Below are positions 1 through 10,520 of a stretch of 38,510 nt of DNA, one piece after another. The notes under the pieces were generated by a model. The model saw only the letters and a program-made list of their open reading frames with translations. It did not search any database and was not told where the DNA came from. A program made the position numbers and the translations under genes. Source of the stretch: Octopus sinensis (lineage: Eukaryota); contig NW_021835850.1 in the NCBI RefSeq assembly GCF_006345805.1, positions 1 through 38,510 of the forward strand. Reading direction: 5' to 3'. Within the stretch, counting starts at the first letter, position 1; each line of letters begins with the position of its first letter.

Positions 1-19
1 ATAATATATATACATATAT

Positions 20-186
20 ACGACAGGATTCTTTCAGTTTCCGTCTACCAAATCCACTCACAAGGCTTGGTCGGCCCGAAGCTATAGCAGAAGACACTTG
101 CCCAAGATGCCACACAGTGGGACTGAACCGGGAACCATGTGATTGGTAAGCAAGCTACTTACCACACAGCCACTCCTGCGCCTATG
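20..186 (-). mobile_element. tRNA-derived SINE, family A (CORE-like), 5' half
   Basis: Reverse complement reads GCGCAGGAGTGGCTGTGTGGTAAGTAGC (A-box-like), GGTTCAGTCCC (B-box-like) and CATCTTGGGCAAGTGTCTT (CORE-like). Closely similar to copies at 30275-30769 and 36443-36850. Confidence 0.9.
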
Positions 187-783
187 CATGTACATAAATA
201 TATATACATGTATATCCATATATACACATACGTATATATATATGTACGGATTTGTGTATCTGGTCGAGCACGTGTGTGTGCAAGCGCGCGTGTGAGTGTC
301 TGCGTGCGTGTGTTTGCGTATTTGTGTCTGATCTGTATAGAATTAGAATCGTATGACAATATCAATGATCAGAATGTCTTGATTAAAGGATGTGGTTGAT
401 GCACGTTGAAATTTCGCTGTCTCTTTGTGTTGATCATACCGCTATTGTCAGTGAACTCTTTAAAAGGAAGTAATGGGACCATTCTCTTGGGAGTTTCTTA
501 ATTATGATGATTCATAATTTATATGAAGATTGATGGTGATTCCCGTGGATCCGACTGGAATAATCAATTATGGATATATTTATGCAACATTCAATGCCCT
601 ACAATTGTACAATAGTTTTCATGTTATAGTTAATGTTAACGAGACCCCGCTTACATTTTCTCTGTATCTGTGTGTGTGTGTGTGTGTGTGTAGGGAGAAT
701 TTACAAAAACAAAACTAGAGACGAAGGCAGGTGGTGTAGACAACAAATAGATGTACTAGTTTAATGCTCGGGAAGTGAAAAAG

Positions 784-821
784 CCTTTAACGTTTCGAGC
801 CTAAGCGCTTCTAAAGAAAGG
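784..821 (-). ncRNA. Decayed minimal type-I hammerhead ribozyme-like motif in a repeat
   Basis: Minus strand reads CCTTT-CTTTAGA-AGCGCTTAGGCTC-GAAACGTT-AAAGG. Stem I is a perfect 5 bp, GAAA and the palindromic AACGTT stem III are present, but the CUGANGA box is mutated. Confidence 0.5.
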
Positions 822-914
822 AACACAGAAAGAAACACTGAGAGAAAATAAAGAATGTGTAGTGGCTAGCGATCTATCATGGCGATACACACAACCACAC
901 ACCACACACACACA

Positions 915-924
<10 letters not shown>

Positions 925-974
<50 letters not shown>

Positions 975-1052
975 ATATATACTATATATATATATGTTAT
1001 ATATATAATGTATATATATATATGTATATATATATATATGTATATATATGTA
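925..1052. repeat. (TA)n microsatellite
   Basis: Visible dinucleotide run with interruptions. Confidence 0.95.
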
Positions 1053-1062
1053 TAATAAATAA

Positions 1063-1803
1063 TTAATAAGGGTGAGAGAAAAAACTACATTTAATTCATT
1101 AATAGCGAAACATTGTCCCAAAATAATCTGTATTTGTTATTTTTTATTGCCCTGTCCGTGTGAGCTAACAATCGTACTGACTTTCATGGGAAACAGTATT
1201 TTCGTGGTGAAACCTTTTGGATTAAATGGTGCTAGAGTGAGCCATATAGTGACCACTCTACTTATATTTATTTTGTAAAAATATTATAATTATGTTTATA
1301 AATATTATAATAATCCAGGTTTCTCGGAGCACTAGGCCACTTGTTGAATAGATATACTATTAAATTAGTATCTAATTCTCTCACCCTTATTAATAATTAT
1401 AATTATGCTGCATTTATTTCTAAATGCTGTATTTGGTTTCCGTGAGAGTTTGGCGCGCTGTTAGTTGGGGCATTTGAATTATAACGTCGGATGTAATCAT
1501 TGAACCACACGCGTATTATCGTTATGGTAAAATCTGGCGTGTGATTGAGTGGATTTCATCCAGATAGTTTTGGCTGACGAGCTACAAATGGATTTTTTTT
1601 GTAAGTAAAACTACATTTAATTCATTAATAGCGAAACAATTGTCCCAAAATAATCTGTATTTTTGTATTTTTTATTTGCCCTGTCCGTGTGAGCTAACAT
1701 CGTAACTGACTTTCATGGGAAACATGTATTTTCGTGGTTGAAACCTTTTTGATTAACTGGTGCTAGAGTGAGCCATATAGTGACCACTCCTTATATTTAT
1801 TTT
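1063..1803. repeat. Composite repeat: ~195-bp direct repeats (1081-1274, 1607-1803) plus 18-bp inverted repeat (1063-1080 / 1376-1393)
   Basis: AAAACTACATTTAATTCATTAATAGCG...GTGACCACTC occurs twice. TTAATAAGGGTGAGAGAA is the exact reverse complement of TTCTCTCACCCTTATTAA. Confidence 0.85.
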
Positions 1804-1863
1804 ATATTATATGTATTATATATATATGTATATATATATGTATATATACATATATATATATAT

Positions 1864-1905
<42 letters not shown>

Positions 1906-2547
1906 TATCATGCACCACACATGTACCTGCGTATATATACGAAACGAAACTAAGCGAAAATTAGAAATATGTTAGCACAAACTCAATTCATCCACATGCG
2001 GTATTAAAAAGTGGAAAGACAGAAAGGGTGTACGATAGAATTTCAAGACTATCTGCAAATGAAACAATATTTAATGCAAACACAAAGCACTACAACATAG
2101 CACTAGCTTAGGTGGGTTTCAAGACAAAATGAAATGAATATAAAATGGATGAATATAAGAATGGATATAACGTTAAAAAGGAAAATTATGTGGATAAGCA
2201 TAATGAGAAACTGGATAATAATATAGACAGGATAAAAAGTATGGAGGAAAAAATTGGCAATAAATATGAAGGTAAATGTCGAATCAGAATGTATAAAAAT
2301 CATCATACGATCAGAGAGAAGAAAAACAAAAGCAGTTAAGAATAAAAATCACCAAATTTAATCCGTATAAAGATGGTTATAGCAGAGACTTGAATAGTTA
2401 CACTAAACCTAATAATACATCTGATTAGGGTAGTATATTATGGTTTTATCCGGTATTTCGACTACAAGTCGAATCCAAGCTTGCACGTGATTTTTTCTCT
2501 TCAATAAAAAGACATTTTCCTAGGTGTAGTAGATATTATAAGATATT

Positions 2548-3451
2548 AATAATAATAATAATAATGAAATTATTGTATACAGTGCTCAGGTGCACCACAA
2601 CTTGTCAGAAAGTGCATATAAAGTACATGCAGTAATGTAGAAATGTCTGGAAAGCGAACAATGTATGAGTCAGATACATGCTTGTGTGTGTATGGAGGGG
2701 AGAAAATCAGGTGTAGTGTTGGCGAATCTCAAGAAGCATGGAAGTTTTGAAGGATGCAGTGCTCCGACAACTAACAACTGATGCCGGCAGTTTGTTCCAT
2801 GCTTCAGCAACTCTCAGCGTGAAAAAATGTTTCCTGAAGTCATGGAAGCTGTGCTGTTTTCTGACTTTGTAAATATGTCCACGGGTGTTAGATTGGTGGA
2901 GCTTGAAAAGGTGCTCAGAGTTATTGTTTGTACGATGGTTGATAATTTTATGGGTGTCTGTCAAGTCAGCTGCCAGACGTCGGAGTTTCAATGTATCCAT
3001 GCCCAGGGAAGTAAGGCGTTCAGGATAAAGCAAATGCCTGATGGAGGGTATTCTTTTGGTTGCACGTCGCTGAACAGCTTCCAGACGATTGATATCCTGG
3101 GCAAGATAGGGGTTCCAGACCGGTGATGCAAATTCCAGGTGAGGTCTTACCATAGCTATATAAAGCCGCAGATAGATAGCCGGAGAGCAGCTCACAAAGG
3201 ACTTGGTGAGTGATGCCAAGACACCCTCAGCCTTCTTGACAATTTTAGCGATGTGTTTTGTCCAACGCAAATCACTGTCGACAATAACACCCAGGTCACG
3301 TTCACATAAAGACTTTTTGAGACTAGTGTTGTGGAGGGAGTAGGTGGACGCTGGGTTTCTCCTCCCAAAATGCATGGTGGTACATTTGTCCACAGCCAGC
3401 TTGAGTTGCCAGTCCATGATCCACTGCTGCATTATGTCCAGGTCTGCTTGC
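2548..3451 (-). mobile_element. 5'-truncated CR1-type LINE (ORF2 RT C-terminal part, 3' UTR, (ATT)n tail)
   Basis: ORF 2707..3627 contains LQADLD, KCTTMHFG, ERDLGVIVD, VRPHLEFASPVWNP, LEAVQRRATK, TRGH and FFTLRVAEAWNKLP. 3' UTR is 2566-2706 and the tail appears as (AAT)n at 2548-2565. About 248 codons have no stop or frameshift. Confidence 0.93.
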
Positions 3452-3570
3452 AATAGAGATATGGCATATGGTGAAATTGTCATATGCCACATCCCACAAC
3501 CTAGAATATTATATGCACAAAGTATATAATAAAAAGCTAAATAAATTAAGATTAGAATGTGAAAGAAAAA

Positions 3571-3817
3571 TTCAGAACAATGCAGATCCAGTGATTGGAT
3601 CGGTGAATAAATATTCTGAAAATCCATGTTGCATCATTAATTCAGAACAATGCAGATCCAGTGATTGGGATAAAAGATCAGATTGAGAGGTCAGTTAATA
3701 AATATTCTGAAAATCCATGTTGCATCATTAATTCAGAACAATGCAGATCCAGTGATTGGGATAAAAGATCAGATTGAGAGGTCAGTTAAATATTCTGAAA
3801 ATTCATGTTGCATCATT
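3571..3817. repeat. Minisatellite, 3 units (70, 91, ~86 bp)
   Basis: TTCAGAACAATGCAGATCCAGTGATTGG starts at 3571, 3641 and 3732. Each unit ends in AAATATTCTGAAAAT(C/T)CATGTTGCATCATT. Confidence 0.92.
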
Positions 3818-4054
3818 TTCTGATAGGTGCAAGAGTCAATGCATCTTGCTCGTGGGCCTTGTGTGGAAACTTAAAAAGAAAGGGATAAGTTACATAACAG
3901 CATGGTCGGTATTGTGAAATCCAAAACCGTACGGTGCCACAGTCAAAGGTATGCAACTTATGCCTAGAGGAAACTGAGAATAATTTTATGAAAGAAGTTA
4001 ATTAACAAGCATTCACTCTGATGTTATACTTACGCATAACAATAAACTAAAAAG

Positions 4055-4230
4055 GCGTTAGCACGCCGGGCGGAAGGTTTAGCAGTCCTGAGTTCAAATT
4101 CCGCCGAGGTCGACTTTGACTTTCATGATTTCAGGGTCGATAAATTGAGTACCAGTTGCGTACTGAGGTCGATCTAATCGACTGGCCCCCTTCCCCAAAA
4201 ATTTCGAGCCTTGTGCTTAGAGTAGAAAAG
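4055..4230 (+). mobile_element. 5'-truncated SINE, family B (Meta-like domain), with 14-bp target-site duplication
   Basis: Contains GAGTTCAAATTCC (B-box) and GTCGACTTTGACTTTCAT...GGGTCGATAAATTGAGTACCAG (Meta-like). AATAAACTAAAAAG flanks it at 4041-4054 and 4231-4244. Confidence 0.9.
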
Positions 4231-4949
4231 AATAAACTAAAAAGTTATATTATAGGGTTTGAAAAAATAATATAAGAAATTCCAGATAATATTGAAACGA
4301 TTTATATATTGAAACACTCATTAACACAAGACAGATGACTAATGTTGACAGTTTAGAATTGTTGCTTGCATGCATGTTAAATGAATTACAATAAGTTTTA
4401 TAAATCGATGATTGTCCTATGACTGGATGACTCTTAATAACGATTAAACATTGTTGTTTGCATGTTAAGCAAAGTCGTTGTAAAGATTAATATAAATCGT
4501 ATATAAACACGAATTGTAATAATTACTATTGTTATAATCACTAAAAGGGGATGACTCAAAACAAGGAGTCTACATTAATACTGTTTGTAAGTGTATCGAA
4601 ATATTTATGTAAATTGCCGTATGGTGTAGATGTTAAAGTCGATTATAATCAAATAAGCGGATGAGTGATAATAACAAGTTGTGTGTGATTGTCAAAATAA
4701 TTATAAAAATTTGTGTATGTCGATTATAAATAATCCTCCGATAATCGCAATATGAAAAGTCCAATGTTAATAAAATAATGGTAATATGATGTTCAATCGA
4801 ACGTTAAGAGAAGCATTGATATCCAAAATCTTGGAAATTACTATAAAATTTTCTGAAAGAAGGTTGAATTTATTCTCTCATAACCTCAATTGTCTATATT
4901 TCTTCTGATTACCCTAACTATCTATATTACTCATGACTACTAACTAAAT

Positions 4950-6645
4950 ATAAATGCTTCTTCCATGCAACTTAGATTTTCGTAAGACGAATCTTGTCAG
5001 GTATTAAGAGAGGGTAACAGGATATGGTACAAACTGAGGTTAGCTTCTAAATGTCGGGTCTTTTTATGTTATCTCGGGCTTCGTGGTGCTATTGGTCTGG
5101 CTGCAACGTTAGTTATCTCCTTTATTCTTAGGCTCACGTGCTCTGACAAAATGTTGGTCGGTAGCTGTGGTGGCTTTATCTCGAAGCTGCAGTATATATT
5201 TCTTTACTATCCACAAGGGGCTAAACACAGAGGAGACAAACAAGGACAGACAAAGGGATTAAGTCGATTACATCGACCCCAGTGCTTGCCTGGTACTTAA
5301 TTTATCGACCCCGGAAGGATGAAAGGCAAAGTCGACCTCGGCGTAATTTGAACTCGGAACGTAACGGCAGACGAAATACGGCAACGCATTTCGCCCGGCG
5401 TGCTAACGTTTCTGCCAGCTCGCCGGCTTAGTATAGCTGATTTAACAATATCTCTTCGTTGCATTTGATGCTGCACAATGCAGGGCGGGGTGTTGTTGCA
5501 GATTAGTGAGAACTGGCACTTCAGTACCAATAGCTCTCTGTCACCAGATTTGCGGGGTGACAGATTAGAATCTGGCGGTACCAGGTTGGACAGTCTGCAT
5601 TGCTGGGGCTGTAGTCAATACGGGCAGCAGTGCTTAAGTATCGTGGTTTTGTGCATGGAGCAGTAAGCCCTAAGGGGGCATATCTGGACTGAGAGGTAGG
5701 ATCCTCCTAGAAAGCAGTCGGCATTTCTATAGTTACAGGTTGAGTTGTAGATTCAAGGCTGTGTCGGTGTGTGTTTGTGTCTACTGCAGTGTGTGTTGTT
5801 AAAAGTGATGTTGCTTAAGCAGAAGTAACTGACCTTGTCGCTGTGGATATTGAAAAGTTTATAATACTTATGGTTTCTCAAGAAAAGTTTATTTAATCAG
5901 CGTCAGAAAGATCCTAGTTATATTGGTTGAAATTGTTAGATTGAATGCAGGTTTAGCCTGGATTATATTTCTCTTCCTAATTCTCTTCGAATTTGTTTGG
6001 GGTAACCTCCATATATACGAATTATTCAGTGAATCCACTCCTCTCCTAAACCTCGTTATAATGGAGGCGGCCTCTTGAAGCTCTCACTACAGACAGTTTA
6101 GAGATTCTTCTACTTATAACTCGCTAGGTTTCTGTTTATAGCTGAAGGAGATTGGAATTTCTGTGGATATACACAGTTTCTTCGTTGGTTCGTCTGTAAT
6201 GGTAGCACTTGACCATCTTCAGGTCTACGGTTATGTTCAAGAAGCTGATCGTTTCTAAATTGGTGGTGACTGTTATAAATAAGCGGAATTCCTTCAATGT
6301 CTTTACCAAATCCATCGTGTACATGACCATGGTGTGGCCATTCATATGGATTGAAATTTCCATATCGACGTCCTTATACAGGGCCGTACTTTGCATGTGT
6401 ATGTGCTTCTTTAAATTATCTGGTATAAATAACCTAACAAAGTCAGCGATGCTATAGCCACAGATATGTCGAACGGTGATATAACAGACGTCTTTACAAG
6501 ACAAATAACACCACGTAACCCAAGTCGACGAAGAGAGGCCTTACATTTTTATTTCATATCCTGTTATTCGCTGTGGATGCCTGATAATGTATGTTCGTTC
6601 CAAGAGACTATGATGCTGTAAGTTGCATGGAACTGATCCAAACTC
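4950..6645 (-). mobile_element. Degraded Penelope-like retroelement (RT + GIY-YIG), interrupted by a SINE at 5197-5424
   Basis: ORF 6136..6504 has LYKDVD (cf. LYRDD), FLNITVDL and YIHRNSN. Other frames give RKRNIIQAKPAFN (~5978-5940), HKYYKLFN..KVSYFC (~5875-5820), CNYRNADCFLGG (~5740-5702), KRY..SF across the SINE junction, and TILSEHV. The left boundary is approximate. Confidence 0.75.
5197..5424 (-). mobile_element. SINE family B (Meta-like), near full length
   Basis: Minus strand reads GGCGAGCTGGCAGAAACGTTAGCACGCCGGGCG, GAGTTCAAATT and GCCTTTCATCCTTCCGGGGTCGATAAATTAAGTACCAG. Closely similar to 38008-38234. Confidence 0.9.
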
Positions 6646-6783
6646 AAATTAAATAATATATATAGTTCCTATCAAGTGTGCTTGGAAGGAAATGTCACGT
6701 TCTTTCGTTTGTCCATTCTCTTGTACACACACACATACACACACACGCATTTATATACATATATACGTGTGTGTGTAAATATG

Positions 6784-6845
<62 letters not shown>

Positions 6846-7473
6846 TGCATACACACACACACATATATACACGTACATATATGGATTTAAATGCACATAC
6901 ACATACATGCGTAATATATACATATACATATATGTGTGTTTTGTGTGTGTATGTGTTTGTGTGTGTGTATTTATGTAAGTATGTTCTTCCTGTTTTAATT
7001 ACGTGAAAACTTCCTGGAAGATAGTAGCCGACTTATTTCTAATCTAAATAACAAAAACGAAAAGTGCTGAACTTGAGAAAAGTCACGAATCAACTAATTG
7101 CTTTCATTCACTGAAAACCATGACATTTTCAAATAGCCACTTAGGGTTTTCCTCACATAGCCATATGCACTAATTATTATTAGTATAGATAAGAATTTAT
7201 AGACTGAATATGGAAGCGCAATATTTTAAAGTACTTGGCCATTGTTATTCTCATTTTCTTTGATCTTCGAAGAAATATTTACATCAGCGAGGCACGAGAT
7301 CCCTCTGGGGCTACATTCTGTTACTTGTCAGTCCCAAGCAACCGTATCCAGCCATGTTAAAACTCCGAGTTTTATCATGGCTACCGAATAATTGTCACAT
7401 ATATTTACAGTTAAATCCGTGTATTTACATAATATCGCGGTCACTTCAATTCTTTTGTTTCTTACCATTTCTA

Positions 7474-7610
<137 letters not shown>

Positions 7611-7678
7611 AATACAGTGTACATTTAAACACATAAGGAATCTACTTGTGGGATTCAACACGCTAGAAAGAACAGGAG

Positions 7679-7742
7679 CCACGCAGGGGATTGAACCCGG
7701 AACCATTTGGGAGCCAAGCTATTTTCCACACAGCCACACCTG
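7679..7742 (-). mobile_element. Degenerate SINE family A head fragment
   Basis: ACGCAGGGGATTGAACCCGGAACCAT...CCACACAGCCACACCTG resembles the head of the other family A copies. Confidence 0.65.
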
Positions 7743-8200
7743 TATATGCATAAGTATATCTATCAATCTATCTATGTATGTATAAATCACACACACACAC
7801 ACACACACGCAAACATACACACACACACAAACATACACACATATATAAACACACATATATATATATATAAACGTATATATATATATAAACATATACATAC
7901 ATAAATACATAAATACGTATAAATAACGAGATATTGGTAGGTAGATATTTACATTTATATATACCTGTGCATTAGCCTCTGTAATGTACTATGTTTAGCA
8001 TTTATTGCTTCTAAGTAAAGTAACATATATAAGAATATATATTATTATGTATATATGTATGTACGTGTGTATATCTATATACACACACACATGTATAAGT
8101 ATATATATACATATACATATATGTAATATATATATATATATATATATATATGTGTAATATACATATATAAGTGTATATATACCTATATATACCTATATGT

Positions 8201-8517
8201 GAGGGCGCGTGGCTTAGTGGTTAGGGCATTCGGCTCATGATCGTATGGTTGTGAGTTCGATTCCCGGCGACGCGTTGTGTCCTTGAGCAAGACACTTTAT
8301 TTCACGTTGCTCCAGTCCACTCAGCTGGCAAAAATGAGTTGTACTTGTATTTCAAAGGGTCAGCCTTGTCACTCTGTGTCACGCTGATTATCCCCGAGAA
8401 CTACGTTAAGGGTACACGTGTCTGTGGAATGCTCAGCCATTTGCACGTTAATTTCACGAGCAAGCTGTTCCGTTGATCGTATCAGCTGGGACCCTCGTCG
8501 TCGTAACCGGCGGAGTC
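8201..8517 (+). mobile_element. tRNA-derived SINE, family C, full length
   Basis: A-box TGGCTTAGTGG (8210) and B-box GTTCGATTCC (8255). Body TTGAGCAAGACACTTTATTTCACGTTGCTCCAGTCCACTCAGCTGGCAAA is shared with 26630-26860. Confidence 0.88.
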
Positions 8518-8551
8518 TTTTTTTAGATACCTATATAAATTATATATATAT

Positions 8552-8603
<52 letters not shown>

Positions 8604-8800
8604 CTATTATAACTATTATATCCTAGTAGAATGCGATGAGATAGCAAGTTCTACGTTTTTTATGAGTTTTCGCCGATTATTTCGTTGATTTATGCAAACC
8701 TTTTTGTTCTTTTCACAGAGCAAAAGCAAAGAACTCTCTCATGCACCAAATTGCAATTGCTAAAGAGCACTCGTGAAGTAAAATCATGTAGCAACACCAA

Positions 8801-8854
8801 ATGGCGGTGCCCCAGCATGGCCACACCTTGTGAGCTGAAACTAGATAAATAAAA
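8801..8854 (+). mobile_element. Very short retroposon 3'-end fragment
   Basis: GGCGGTGCCCCAGCATGGCCAC...GAGCTGAAACTAGA, with related stubs at 13381-13420, 18716-18755 and 29218-29257. Confidence 0.7.
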
Positions 8855-8864
8855 CAAATATATA

Positions 8865-9377
8865 TCTATATATATAAAACTGTAGTTGTGTGAGTGTCTG
8901 TCCCCTTCGATTTAGATTCCTAACTACTCCCACATTTTACGGTGCAGTTTAACCAAATTCGGGTATCTTATAGTCGTGATTCATATCGAGCCCGTCTGAG
9001 TATTAGCGCGCGTCTACGATGAGTCTACGATTTTAAAAATAATTTAACATAATTGTTTATTCCATTTTAATGCATAATTTTTCGTGTGTCGATGGCGGCA
9101 GAGTTGGCGTCTATGGTCACACCTGCACCTGTTTGCTTTTCTCCCTTCTTCCCTCCCTCGTGAAGCTGTGGGGAAGGGAGTGTAAGGAAATCAACGCCGT
9201 AAAGCGTTGTCAAGGAGACCAGCGTTCTTTTAGAACAACGACTTCATGGCTTGAAGACACCAAAACAGAAATGGCTAAGAAAGCCCGAATTGGCATCTAT
9301 AAGGGGAGTAACTCTCTAAAAATGCTTATATAGTTATTTCCCTTACAAACCCGAGCAACGCCGGGCGATACTGCTAG
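8865..9377 (+). mobile_element. Non-autonomous Helitron, complete, copy 1
   Basis: 5' A|TCTATATATATAAAAC, subterminal hairpin CCCGAGCAACGCCGGG (9350-9365), 3' CTAG|T, no TSD. A second copy lies at 19147-19778. Confidence 0.88.
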
Positions 9378-9840
9378 TATATATATAATCAAGTAATCTA
9401 TAACGAATTGAAAGGAAATTTAATGCATTCAAATTAATTACATGGAGCGGATATCTGTCGGCATTTTCTAAGTTACTCATCATAGGCTGAAGATCGATAG
9501 TATGATTTCGAGAAACTTTTTATCACATTTATTTATCCATCTCATGTATATCCACTAATGTGTATTCGCTACATACGTGGGTATGTCTGTTCATCAACGC
9601 GCGTGCGACTCTCAGTTGCTTCGTTTGTACATTTTGCTTTTCTGTATCTACCTTTGAGTGGATGCGATGTAAAGAAGCATGCCTTGTATCCAATTAATTT
9701 GAAGTCCAAGATGCTACATTTTGCAAAGTAATGTGTGTCTTATTCCAGAGTATCGTATTGGACAAAAGGATTGTGTTTGAAATTTGGTACATGTAACAAG
9801 ATGCAAGCTTATCTTACATACATACACACACATGTGTATG

Positions 9841-10005
<165 letters not shown>

Positions 10006-10367
10006 ATTTAAAGGGCTAAAAAAACACTATGTGGTCAGCCATATTGCTAGAAGTAGATCGCCTGCGATCAAACTACAAATACAAGAATGTTCTCGAGAGA
10101 AAAATTCACCGGACACCAGAACAATATGCGTGCAAGACAGATTAAAATTATATAAAAAACAAGAATTAATCGCATTCGTTAATAGGCGAAACCTAGGTCT
10201 GCGATTAATTCTTGTTTTTTTATATAATTTTCATCTGTCTTGCCCACATATTGTTCTGGTGTCCGCTGAATTTTTCTGTAGAGAACATTCTTTCCTTTAT
10301 AGTTTGATCGCAGGTGATCTACTTCTAACATATGGCTGACCACATAGTGGTTTTTAACCCTTTAAAT
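10006..10367. mobile_element. Foldback element with ~170-bp inverted arms and hammerhead-like apex
   Basis: 10006-10174 pairs with 10200-10367 with scattered mismatches. The spacer is TTCGTTAATAGGC-GAAACCTAGGTC. Confidence 0.8.
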
Positions 10368-10520
10368 ATACACATGTATTAGAGTTTTCTCTGATTCTTC
10401 AGATTTTTGTATGCTAGGCTACTGGTTTTAAACTGATATGAATTAAATTAATATTCAATTTATCTCCCTCGTTATTCAAATTTATATATATATATATATA
10501 TATTCATATATATATTTGTC

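Larger units (their letters stand above)
1930..4054 (+). mobile_element. Degraded Penelope-like retroelement (RT C-terminus, linker, GIY-YIG region), interrupted by CR1 LINE and tandem repeat
   Basis: Hand translation gives NSIHPHAVLK (1980), RISRLSANETIFN...YNIAL*VGF (2037), ILWFYPVF...KRHFPRCSRYYKI (2435-2547), VKLSY (3471), LVWKLK (3858) and CNLCLEE (3952). These match the Penelope motif order SNHP / RLS..F / IIWFNPP / KHFP..KIFN / KLSYS / IW.LK / C.LC..E. Confidence 0.8.

Noticed and set aside
3452-3627. N-terminal 58 aa of ORF 2707..3627 as a novel LINE fusion domain
   Set aside because: This part is the antisense of the Penelope linker and the minisatellite; the openness of the frame is incidental.
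3571-3817. CRISPR-like repeat-spacer look
   Set aside because: The 'spacers' of units 2 and 3 are essentially identical, there are no cas genes, and the context is eukaryotic. It is a minisatellite.
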